Below, in pieces: positions 11,491-19,696 of a stretch of DNA of 64,000 nt; positions within the stretch are counted from its first letter, which is position 1; every line of letters begins with the position of its first letter. The stretch lies in contig WFSL01000036.1 in the NCBI GenBank assembly GCA_015486015.1, positions 30,934 through 94,933 of the forward strand. The letters are read 5' to 3'. The notes under the pieces are model-generated. The model made no database searches. It was not told where the DNA came from and worked only from the letters and a program-made list of their open reading frames with translations. The DNA comes from Aquificota bacterium (GTDB taxonomy: Bacteria; Thermosulfidibacterota; Thermosulfidibacteria; Thermosulfidibacterales; B14-G1). Position numbers and translations under genes: made by a program.

Positions 11491-12109
11491 TTTAGGACTT
11501 TTCCTCTGGGCCACCCCCCTCTTTGCAGGTCACATTTATACTTACGTTGATAGAAACGGGGTCTTGCACATTACAGACCTCTGGAGGGGGGGATCCGCAC
11601 CGGTAAGGGAAAGCCCAATGCCCCCTGCCTCTGTTGATGAGATCATCCAAGAGGCAGCCCAGAGGGAGGGGCTGGATCCCGCACTGGTAAGGGCCGTGAT
11701 CCAGGTAGAATCAGGGTTCAACCCTGGTGCCCTCTCACCTAAGGGGGCCATCGGGCTCATGCAGCTACTCCCAGAGACGGCAAGCCTCTATGGGGCACAT
11801 GATCCATGGGACACAGTCCAGAATATCTTTGCAGGCACAGCCTACCTTAGAGACCTCATTCAACACTTTAACGGGGACCTGGTAAAGGCACTGGCCGCCT
11901 ACAATGCAGGGCCAAAGGCAGTAGAAGACTATAATGGGATCCCACCCTTCCCAGAGACTCAGCAATACGTGATGGAAATCCTATCGCTCTATTCAACTAG
12001 AAATGTAGAACCGGGGAATACCCCTACCCCTGAAGCTCTTCCCAGGCCCATCAGACGTATCCGCCTCCCCGACGGCACCATTCTCTATACTAACATGCCC
12101 CAGTCCTAA
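11450..12109 (+). CDS. Lytic transglycosylase (SLT domain) with signal peptide and DUF4124-like N-terminus
   Basis: SLT motifs are present (VIQVESGFNP, GLMQL, AYNAG) and a hydrophobic leader. The exact start is uncertain within 11432-11450, and the gene overlaps the ftsY end. Confidence 0.8.
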   Translation: MQKPLWKRSSILISLGLFLWATPLFAGHIYTYVDRNGVLHITDLWRGGSAPVRESPMPPASVDEIIQEAAQREGLDPALVRAVIQVESGFNPGALSPKGAIGLMQLLPETASLYGAHDPWDTVQNIFAGTAYLRDLIQHFNGDLVKALAAYNAGPKAVEDYNGIPPFPETQQYVMEILSLYSTRNVEPGNTPTPEALPRPIRRIRLPDGTILYTNMPQS

Positions 12110-12149
12110 CAATGCCCCAAGCGGATTTCAGCACAGGAGAAGAAGGGGC

Positions 12150-14057
12150 ATGAAGGGTAGGCCTGGTCTGCCAGATGGGGGATCCACCCTCAGGATGGCA
12201 TATATGGCAGTGGGGGGCATCCTTGGAGATATAGGGACGTCACCCCTATACGTGATGGCCATCGTCTTCAGCCGAATAAAGGCCAACAGGGATAATATTA
12301 TGGGTATCCTCTCGCTTATCACTCTCTCTTTTCTCTTCCTTACCCTGAAGTATGCATACTTAGCTCTCACCCTCGATAACGAAGGCGAGGGAGGCACCTT
12401 CGCCCTCTTCGCCCTCATAAAAAAACAAGCCAACACATTAAGAGAAAAGGGATATAACGATCGGAAGATCAGCCATCTTCTAATGCTGGCTTCAGCCCTC
12501 TCCCTGCTCTGTGGGGCCTTCCTATTGGGCGACGGAATTATCACCCCTTCCATCTCTGTACTCTCTGCCTTTGAGGGGGTACAGGTGGCCTATCCCCATC
12601 TCACCCCTTGGGTGATTCCTATGACAGTAGCGGTACTTGTGCTCCTGTTCTCCCTACAAAGGAGGGGCACAGAACGTATGGCCAGTCTTTTCTCTCCTGT
12701 AATGATCCTCTGGTTCCTGGCCATTGCCGTGCTGGGATGGATAAACATCCTCAAGGCCCCATGGATCATCATGGCCCTCAGCCCCTACTACGCATTGCAC
12801 CTCCTCTTGCGCGAGCCCATCACTGCCACATTTGCTGTTATGGGTATCGTTTTCCTGTGCATCACAGGCGGAGAAGCCATGTACGCTGATATGTCCCATT
12901 ACTCCAAAAGTGGGATCCGCCTGGCATGGGGTTTTGCTGCCTTCTCCCTCCTCTCCAATTACTTTGGGCAAGGGGCCTTCCTCTCCATTACAGGACAACA
13001 CCAAAATATCCTTTTTGCCCTGAGTCACAACCAGGGAAAGGCGGCCTATTTTGGCATACTGGTTTTAGCTACAATGGCGGCCATCATCGCATCCCAGGCC
13101 ATCATCACTGGATCCTATACCACTTATAAGCAAGCCATGGAGCTCCATCACCTCCCCCGCCTTGAGGTGAAGATGACATCGCCTATGCACCCAGGGCAGA
13201 TCTACATTGGCCCTGTGAACTGGCTTATGATGACAGCTTGTCTCTTCACCGTTCTGTTCTTCAAGAGCTCTGCAGCCCTGGGGGCAGCCTATGGACTCGC
13301 TGTTACGGGGGCCTTCATAGGTAACACCATCAACATGGGTACATGCCTGTATCTTCGGCATTACGAAACACCTAAGGGGTTTGCAGTATTCGCGCCCCTG
13401 ATACTACTCTTCCTAGCCTTTGACCTTGCCTTCTTCTCCTCGAACTTGGGAAAGATTCCATCGGGGGGTTGGTTCCCTCTCTTGGTGTGCGCCTTCCTAA
13501 TTGTCACCATGGTTGCATGGCACAAGGGCTCTTATCTCCTATACAGCCAAATCCCAAAGGAGAAAAGGAAAAACTTCTGCAATAGATTAGAGCACGCCGA
13601 GATGGTGGCACTCCCTGGTGTGAGCGTTTACATGGTCAGGGATCCTGAAAGGGTTCCCTCGGCACTCATTATAGAGGCTGGCCAGGGTGTATTGCGGAAG
13701 ACCATAGTGCTCGTCACCGTCCAAACCCAAAACAGCCCTTGGGGCGTCACTTACGAGAAGCGACTCCTCGGCCACCTGGCCAACAGCCAGATAGAGCTTT
13801 ACGAGGTGATGGTGGATAAGGGGTTTATGCGCTCCTTCGTGCACATCCCTCATGTGCTGGATTCCCTGGACTTCCCCCGAGATAGGCGCTACGTATTTGG
13901 TGATTGGCACGTGAGGGTTTCTCTACTCCCCAAGAGGAACATACTTCTAAGGTATTTCGCCTTCATGTACAGGGTAGTGCCTCCCCTCACTGGGAGGTTC
14001 TTCATACCCCGGGATCGGGTCTTTTACATCGGGGGAGACGTGGAAATCAGCCTTTAA
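12150..14057 (+). CDS. kup: KUP/HAK/KT family potassium transporter
   Basis: 635 aa. GDIGTSPLY lies near the N-terminus, followed by 12 predicted TM segments and a soluble C-terminal domain. Confidence 0.9.
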   Translation: MKGRPGLPDGGSTLRMAYMAVGGILGDIGTSPLYVMAIVFSRIKANRDNIMGILSLITLSFLFLTLKYAYLALTLDNEGEGGTFALFALIKKQANTLREKGYNDRKISHLLMLASALSLLCGAFLLGDGIITPSISVLSAFEGVQVAYPHLTPWVIPMTVAVLVLLFSLQRRGTERMASLFSPVMILWFLAIAVLGWINILKAPWIIMALSPYYALHLLLREPITATFAVMGIVFLCITGGEAMYADMSHYSKSGIRLAWGFAAFSLLSNYFGQGAFLSITGQHQNILFALSHNQGKAAYFGILVLATMAAIIASQAIITGSYTTYKQAMELHHLPRLEVKMTSPMHPGQIYIGPVNWLMMTACLFTVLFFKSSAALGAAYGLAVTGAFIGNTINMGTCLYLRHYETPKGFAVFAPLILLFLAFDLAFFSSNLGKIPSGGWFPLLVCAFLIVTMVAWHKGSYLLYSQIPKEKRKNFCNRLEHAEMVALPGVSVYMVRDPERVPSALIIEAGQGVLRKTIVLVTVQTQNSPWGVTYEKRLLGHLANSQIELYEVMVDKGFMRSFVHIPHVLDSLDFPRDRRYVFGDWHVRVSLLPKRNILLRYFAFMYRVVPPLTGRFFIPRDRVFYIGGDVEISL

Positions 14058-14185
14058 TTATGCAAACCTGAGCCCCAAACACCCCCTCCTGCCGTTCAAA
14101 AATTGCTTGTTACCCCTTGCCAACTAGAAAAGAGGGCCACAAATTATATTGCTGGAATCAGTCACACCGCTAAGGAGGTCAGGCT

Positions 14186-15235
14186 ATGAGAATAGCTATG
14201 GTCTCTCCTCTATATGAAAGTGTACCACCAAAACTCTATGGAGGCACGGAAAGGGTGGTCTCCTATCTCACAGAAGAGCTGGTAAGGTTAGGCCATGATG
14301 TTACCCTATTTGCCAGTGGAGATTCACAGACCACAGCAAGATTAATTTCACCATGTCCCACCTCTCTACGCCTTTGGAAAGATAGTAAGGATCATATCGT
14401 GCACCACGTTCTCATGGTGGAGAAGGTCTACCAAATGGCCAAGGGGTTTGATGTTATCCATTTTAATATTGACTACCTCCATTATCCCCTCTTCAGGAGA
14501 TGCTCCACCCCTCACGTAACCACATTGCATGGCAGACTCGACCACCAGGACCAATTCCCCCTCTACTGGGAATTTAAAGAGATGCCTGTGGTCTCTATCT
14601 CCAACGCACAAAGGAAACCTGTGCCATGGCTCAACTGGGCAGGCACAGTTTACCACGGGCTCCCTGAAGGCCTCTATGCGTTCCATGAAACATCCGGAAA
14701 ATACTTAGCCTTCATTGGGCGCATCTCTCCAGAGAAGAGGCCCGATAGGGCTATTCAGATCGCAGAGAGAGCTAGCATGCCACTCCTTATAGCCGCCAAA
14801 GTGGACAAGGCCGACAAGGCATACTACGAAGAAGTGATAAGGCCTATGTTGAAGAACCCATATGTGGAGTTCTTAGGGGAAATTGGAGAAAAGGAGAAGG
14901 ATGATTTCTTGGGCAATGCATATGCACTCCTCTTCCCCATTGACTGGCCTGAGCCCTTTGGCCTGGTCATGATAGAGGCCATGGCCTGCGGCACTCCGGT
15001 GATTGCCTGGAGGCACGGTTCTGTCCCAGAGGTTATTGACCACGGGGTGACAGGCCTCATAGTGGATGATATGGATCAAGCAGTCAAAGCGGTAGAGGAG
15101 GTAGGCAAATTGAGTAGACTCACGTGCCGCCGGACCTTTGAAGAGCGATTCAACGTCACAAGGATGGCCCAAGACTACTTGGAGATATATGCCCGGCTCA
15201 TTGAGGAGAAGAAACCGATGCTCAAGGCGGTGTAA
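14186..15235 (+). CDS. Glycosyltransferase family 4 (GT-B, group 1)
   Basis: 349 aa. The N-terminus reads YGGTERVV, and the E-x7-E region reads EPFGLVMIEAMACGTPV. Confidence 0.85.
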   Translation: MRIAMVSPLYESVPPKLYGGTERVVSYLTEELVRLGHDVTLFASGDSQTTARLISPCPTSLRLWKDSKDHIVHHVLMVEKVYQMAKGFDVIHFNIDYLHYPLFRRCSTPHVTTLHGRLDHQDQFPLYWEFKEMPVVSISNAQRKPVPWLNWAGTVYHGLPEGLYAFHETSGKYLAFIGRISPEKRPDRAIQIAERASMPLLIAAKVDKADKAYYEEVIRPMLKNPYVEFLGEIGEKEKDDFLGNAYALLFPIDWPEPFGLVMIEAMACGTPVIAWRHGSVPEVIDHGVTGLIVDDMDQAVKAVEEVGKLSRLTCRRTFEERFNVTRMAQDYLEIYARLIEEKKPMLKAV

Positions 15236-17394
15236 TGCTGAAAGAGTGCCTCTTTCATCCATACAGGTACTATATCCTCACCACTTGGCACCACACCCTC
15301 CAGGACCACTTGGTCCTCAAGCACGGAGATTGTTTTGGGGTATTTAATCGGCACGGAGACATCGCCCCTCAAGGCTCAGGGGAAGAGGGGCTCTACTATC
15401 GAGGTTGCAGATTCCTCTCTAGATTAGAGTTCACCCTGTGCGACACGAGGCTGTTTCTATTAAACTCAGCAGTAAGGGGGGACAATCTCCTCCTTACCGT
15501 GGATATGACTAACCCTGACATCTTCTTAGAAAAGGAGCTCTTCATCCCCAGGGGCACTCTACATATCTATAGGGGAAAGTTCTTAGCAGAGAACCACCAT
15601 TACGAACAGATTAAGATACAAAACTTTGCCTGCCACGGCGTCAGCCTCCCATTTTCCATCCTCTTTGACAGTGACTTTGCCGATATATTCGAGGTGCGAG
15701 GTGTCAGAAGGGAAAAGAGAGGGAAAAGACTCGATGAGAGAATAGATAAAGACCACGTGGCCCTCCGCTACCAAGGCTTAGACGGCATCCAAAGGGAGAC
15801 ATGGCTTTTCTTCTATCCCAAACCCTTTGAAGTAGGACCTCAATGGGCAGCCTTTCACATTCACCTCAAACCAAAAGAGACCGCCATCATCTTTCTCACC
15901 GTAAAGTGCCAGAATGGCAATGAAGAGGGCTCACAAAGATCCAGCTACAAAAGGGCCTTCCTCAAGACCAGAAAGGCCCTCAAGGCCCTCAAGGAAGAGA
16001 GCTGCATCATTACTACATCCAATGAACAGTTCAATGCATGGCTGGAGCGTTCCTACAGCGACATCTCCATGATGCTCACTGAGACACCTCATGGGCTTTA
16101 CCCTTATGCAGGTATCCCCTGGTACAGCACAATCTTTGGTAGAGATGGAATCATTACAGCCATTGAGTGCCTCTGGATTAATCCATCCATAGCCAAGGGG
16201 GTCCTCACTTACCTCGCTGCCACCCAGGCGCAGGAGGAAGACCCAGAAGTGGATGCACAACCCGGGAAGATCATCCATGAGCTCCGGGAAGGCGAGATGG
16301 CGGCCATTGGGGAGATACCCTTTGGAAGATACTATGGGAGCGTTGACGCCACACCTCTATTCGTGATCTTAGCCGGCCTTTACCATGAGAGAACCAATGA
16401 CACGGCCTTTTTACAAAAGATATGGCCCAACATCAGACTGGCCCTCGAGTGGATAGATAGATATGGGGACGTAGATGATGATGGATTTGTGGAGTACCAG
16501 CCATCACCTAATGGCCTCGTGAATAAAGGATGGAAAGACTCCCACGATAGCATCTTTTACGCAGACGGCTCCTTGGCAACACCTCCCATAGCCTTAGTAG
16601 AGGTGCAGGGATATGTGTACGAGGCAAAGCTTAAAGGGGCCTACCTTGCAGAGGTAATGGGAGAGAGGGACTTTGCCCATAAGCTCCGTGAGCAAGCAGT
16701 AGAGCTACAAAGGAGATTCGCCAAGGCCTTCTGGGATGACGCTCTCCAAACTTACGTCCTGGCCTTGGACGGGGCGAAGCGCCCTTGCAAAGTGAGGAGT
16801 TCCAATGCAGGCCACGCCCTCTTCTCGGGGATAGCACTGCGACACCATGCACACAGGATGGTAGCCACCCTGATGGGGAAAGCCATGTTCTCAGGCTGGG
16901 GTGTCAGGACCCTCTCATCATTAGAGATCCCCTATAACCCCGCTTCCTATCATAATGGCTCTATATGGCCCCACGACAATGCCATCATAGCGATAGGCCT
17001 CAGCAGATATGGCTTCGAGAAGGAGGCACTCAAGATCATGAAAGGCCTGTTTGAAGCCAGCACCTTCTTTCCATTACACCGGCTGCCCGAACTCTTCTGT
17101 GGCCTCACCAGAAGGCCAAATGAGGGCCCTATACAGTATCCAGTGGCCTGCAACCCCCAATCCTGGGCCTCGGGCGCAGTCTTCCTCCTTCTTCAGGCCT
17201 GCTTAGGCCTCTCGCTCAGAGAAAAGAGGCTCTATCTCCACCGACCTGCCCTCCCCCAATTCCTAAACGAGATACATGTCAAAAACCTAAGGGTAGGAGA
17301 TTCACCAGTGGATCTGCTGCTCAGACGTTATCATGAAGACGTGGTGGTAAATGTACTACGAAAGGAAGATGCAGAGATCCTCATCACAAAATGA
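15235..17394 (+). CDS. Amylo-alpha-1,6-glucosidase / glycogen-debranching-enzyme-like protein (GDE_N_bis + GDE_C)
   Basis: 719 aa with PWYSTIFGRDGIITA and GKIIHELREGEMA, typical of a bacterial GDE-like (alpha/alpha)6 barrel. Its ATG overlaps the GT4 stop (TAATG). Confidence 0.8.
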   Translation: MLKECLFHPYRYYILTTWHHTLQDHLVLKHGDCFGVFNRHGDIAPQGSGEEGLYYRGCRFLSRLEFTLCDTRLFLLNSAVRGDNLLLTVDMTNPDIFLEKELFIPRGTLHIYRGKFLAENHHYEQIKIQNFACHGVSLPFSILFDSDFADIFEVRGVRREKRGKRLDERIDKDHVALRYQGLDGIQRETWLFFYPKPFEVGPQWAAFHIHLKPKETAIIFLTVKCQNGNEEGSQRSSYKRAFLKTRKALKALKEESCIITTSNEQFNAWLERSYSDISMMLTETPHGLYPYAGIPWYSTIFGRDGIITAIECLWINPSIAKGVLTYLAATQAQEEDPEVDAQPGKIIHELREGEMAAIGEIPFGRYYGSVDATPLFVILAGLYHERTNDTAFLQKIWPNIRLALEWIDRYGDVDDDGFVEYQPSPNGLVNKGWKDSHDSIFYADGSLATPPIALVEVQGYVYEAKLKGAYLAEVMGERDFAHKLREQAVELQRRFAKAFWDDALQTYVLALDGAKRPCKVRSSNAGHALFSGIALRHHAHRMVATLMGKAMFSGWGVRTLSSLEIPYNPASYHNGSIWPHDNAIIAIGLSRYGFEKEALKIMKGLFEASTFFPLHRLPELFCGLTRRPNEGPIQYPVACNPQSWASGAVFLLLQACLGLSLREKRLYLHRPALPQFLNEIHVKNLRVGDSPVDLLLRRYHEDVVVNVLRKEDAEILITK

Positions 17395-17453
17395 CCGTTG
17401 TAAAAATGGAATAGCCTGGACTGTAGAAGACCATAAACTCCTGCCTTGAGGCA

Positions 17454-17482
17454 TTGACAATCCTTTTCTTGGAGGTAAATTA
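17454..17482 (+). promoter_or_regulatory. Candidate sigma-70 promoter for ssrA
   Basis: TTGACA at 17454-17459, then a 16-nt spacer and TAAATT at 17476-17481, which is 4/6 to TATAAT. It sits about 20 nt upstream of the mature tmRNA 5' end. Confidence 0.3.
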
Positions 17483-17502
17483 AAAAATGTGGTCTTTGAA
17501 AT

Positions 17503-17858
17503 GGGGGCGATTTGGGTTCGACGGGGATGATAGGAAGGTGAGGGTAGCACGTCGAGGTTCGCCACCTCGTTAAACAGGCGAGTTCCACAAATGCCGAACC
17601 TTCTTACGCATTGGCCGCTTAATTGACGGCCACGCCCTTACTTGCCTTGCCCGTTGGGCAGGTAAAGGACGTCATATCAAACGGGCTGGCCTTCACTTTA
17701 CAAGCCCAGAAAAGTGAAGGCGAGGTTGTTTCTGGGCTGGTAACGGGATACCCTGCCTGTGGGGGATGCCGTTGCGAGACTTAAAACACAGGCTGAACGT
17801 GGAGAGACCTTCACCAACCCATCTCCGGACGCGGGTTCGATTCCCGCCGCCTCCACCA
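17503..17858 (+). ncRNA. ssrA: tmRNA (SsrA)
   Basis: The 5' GGGGGCG pairs with the 3' CGCCUCC-ACCA, including a G3:U wobble. Near the 5' end is TTCGACGGGG, and a T-arm reads GGGTTCGATTCCCGCC. An internal tag ORF ends ...AATGCCGAACCTTCTTACGCATTGGCCGCTTAA, i.e. ...NAEPSYALAA*, with the stop at 17620-17622. Confidence 0.92.
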
Positions 17859-18079
17859 AAGATAAACCTATACTGCCAGAAAGGTCCTCTGAATCCTCGT
17901 AAAGTCTGGAAAGGCAAGAAAGGTAAAACCCCATAAGCTATGGTCTTTCACCTATGGCGCTTTGTGCTGTAGGGATATTATCACCATAAACCGAAAGGGC
18001 TAAAAGGCATATCTCAAGGCACAACTCATTCCATCTCAGGGTTAAGACACGCACTTAAAAACTATAAAAACTGGAAACC

Positions 18080-18156
<77 letters not shown>

Positions 18157-18720
18157 GTAAGCGACTTTTTATATAAGCCCAAAGGTAAAAGGTGTCAATA
18201 GCGCAGAATGGCTTAATTTTACTAAAGTTATGACAAAACCCAACATAGAGTGTACCGAGAGATTGAAGATTTAGGAACTCTACAAGCATATATAGTTTTA
18301 ACCGAGCTTTTTGAGGGCCTCTCATCTCGGCGTTACGCTGCTTTCCCTTTCTTGGACCGGGCACCCTTGTCTGCCCTGGCACCCTTGCTAAAGATTTTCA
18401 GAGCGTTATCACTGACTCTCTCTCCCACCCAAGGACATAAGCCCCCACACGGCCAAGTTTTTCAGGGCTGTCTCGGTTAAAGAGGTTTTTAGTAATATAA
18501 CAAAAATAGGTCTTATCAGGTATTGAAATATAAGATACCAAATACGCAATCGTGAAAGAGAGAGGGGTTTACATTATGCTGTCTAATGGGGTAAGAATAA
18601 AGATCAGAAAGAAAGCTTAATTTGAGTCTCAGAAGGGTCCAAACAATCAGGGCCGCTTTAAGGAATATGAGAGAAGCAAAAAGCTGAAAAAGGAAAAAGC
18701 AGAAGAAAGGAGGTGTTAAA

Positions 18721-19299
18721 ATGATCATTGGGCACAGGAAGTTGAGGAGAAGGGATAAGGGTTTCACCCTCATCGAGCTCATGATCGTGGTAGCCATTAT
18801 CGCTATTTTGGCGGCCATAGCTATTCCCCAGTACAGGAAATTCCAGCTCAATTCCAAGACCTCAGAGGCAAAGACCAATATAGGAGCTATAAGAACATGC
18901 GAGGAGGCATACGCAGCTGAACATAACGTATATTATCTGGTAGGCCCAGCACCCGAGTCTAACATTACCTCTACTACCCGGGACTTCGATATTACAAATG
19001 AGGATAACTGCGCTCACTTTGCAGATCTTGGCTTTAAGCCAGCCGGTAAGGTCTACTATAATTATGGGGTCAAAAACTGGAAGGATGGCACCAACTTCAA
19101 TACTTCTGTAGACGTTAATAAGGCATGCCCTAATGGTATAGGAGCCATTACCGATGGTGCAATGAAAAATGGCGTCCGAGATGTCACTGCCGATATAGCT
19201 ATACTCGCTCAGGGCGATCTGGATAATGATGGAAAAGATTCTTACTACGGGGCTACGGATGAGAAGGGTGAGATAGTCCACGGTGGCGACGACTTTTAG
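18721..19299 (+). CDS. Type IV pilin (prepilin-type N-terminal cleavage/methylation domain)
   Basis: The leader MIIGHRKLRRRDKG|FTLIELMIVVAIIAILAAIAIPQY gives G-1, F+1 and E+5. AAAGGAGG lies 7 nt upstream. The C-terminal half has 3 Cys and a DLDNDGKD motif. Confidence 0.85.
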   Translation: MIIGHRKLRRRDKGFTLIELMIVVAIIAILAAIAIPQYRKFQLNSKTSEAKTNIGAIRTCEEAYAAEHNVYYLVGPAPESNITSTTRDFDITNEDNCAHFADLGFKPAGKVYYNYGVKNWKDGTNFNTSVDVNKACPNGIGAITDGAMKNGVRDVTADIAILAQGDLDNDGKDSYYGATDEKGEIVHGGDDF

Positions 19300-19696
19300 G
19301 CCAGATCCGTGGGGGTCAGGTCTTGAATTTGGTAATTTGGGGGCCGGTCCTTTTCGCCGAAATGTCTTTGCAGGGAAAATGCCGGGACTTCAGAACTATG
19401 TTACTGGATCAATTGTGCCACGCTTAATTGCCTTAGCCCTGGCGAGACTGGATAAGCTTCTGACCGGTGTCTCTTTTTGGTAATGCTACTCTCACCTCTG
19501 ATCCCCATTTATGCGAAACCGCACTTGTTCCTGGCCGAGCGCTACCTCTATCCACTTTCCATTGCAATCTATTTTGTGGTTCCTTGCACTTTATTCTCTC
19601 TCGTAGAAAGGCAGAAGGCCGAAGGGGCATAACCAAGACACCACGAAGTTTTGGCATGGGGGCACCAGAGAGAAAGGAGGCCAAAGAAGCCGGGGC

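Noticed and set aside
12128-12553. A 141-aa minus-strand ORF overlapping the start of kup
   Set aside because: It is antisense to a well-supported KUP transporter N-terminus (GDIGTSPLY) and has an Arg/Pro/Ser-rich composition. It is judged spurious.
17693-17934. Two minus-strand ORFs (74 and 78 aa) from the ORF track
   Set aside because: They lie antisense across the 3' half of the tmRNA gene. They are an artefact of a stop-free structured RNA region.
17859-18079. A genomic-island attachment site at the tmRNA or tRNA-fMet 3' ends
   Set aside because: Only 221 bp separate the two 3' ends, and there is no integrase gene. I found no direct repeat of either 3' end. The atypical-GC DNA lies on the 5' side of the tRNA.
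18377-18388. A sigma-54-type promoter (TGGCAC...TTGC) upstream of the pilin gene
   Set aside because: In TGGCACCCTTGC the GG and GC dinucleotides are 9 nt apart instead of the canonical 12. The alternative using the first repeat copy (GGGCAC-N6-CTGC) is off by one and has a poor -12 element.
19532-19541. TGGCCGAGCG, resembling the D-loop of tRNA-Ser/Leu, as a possible tRNA fragment or att remnant in the pilin-TPR intergenic region
   Set aside because: The flanking sequence cannot be folded into acceptor, D or anticodon stems. A 10-nt match is likely chance.
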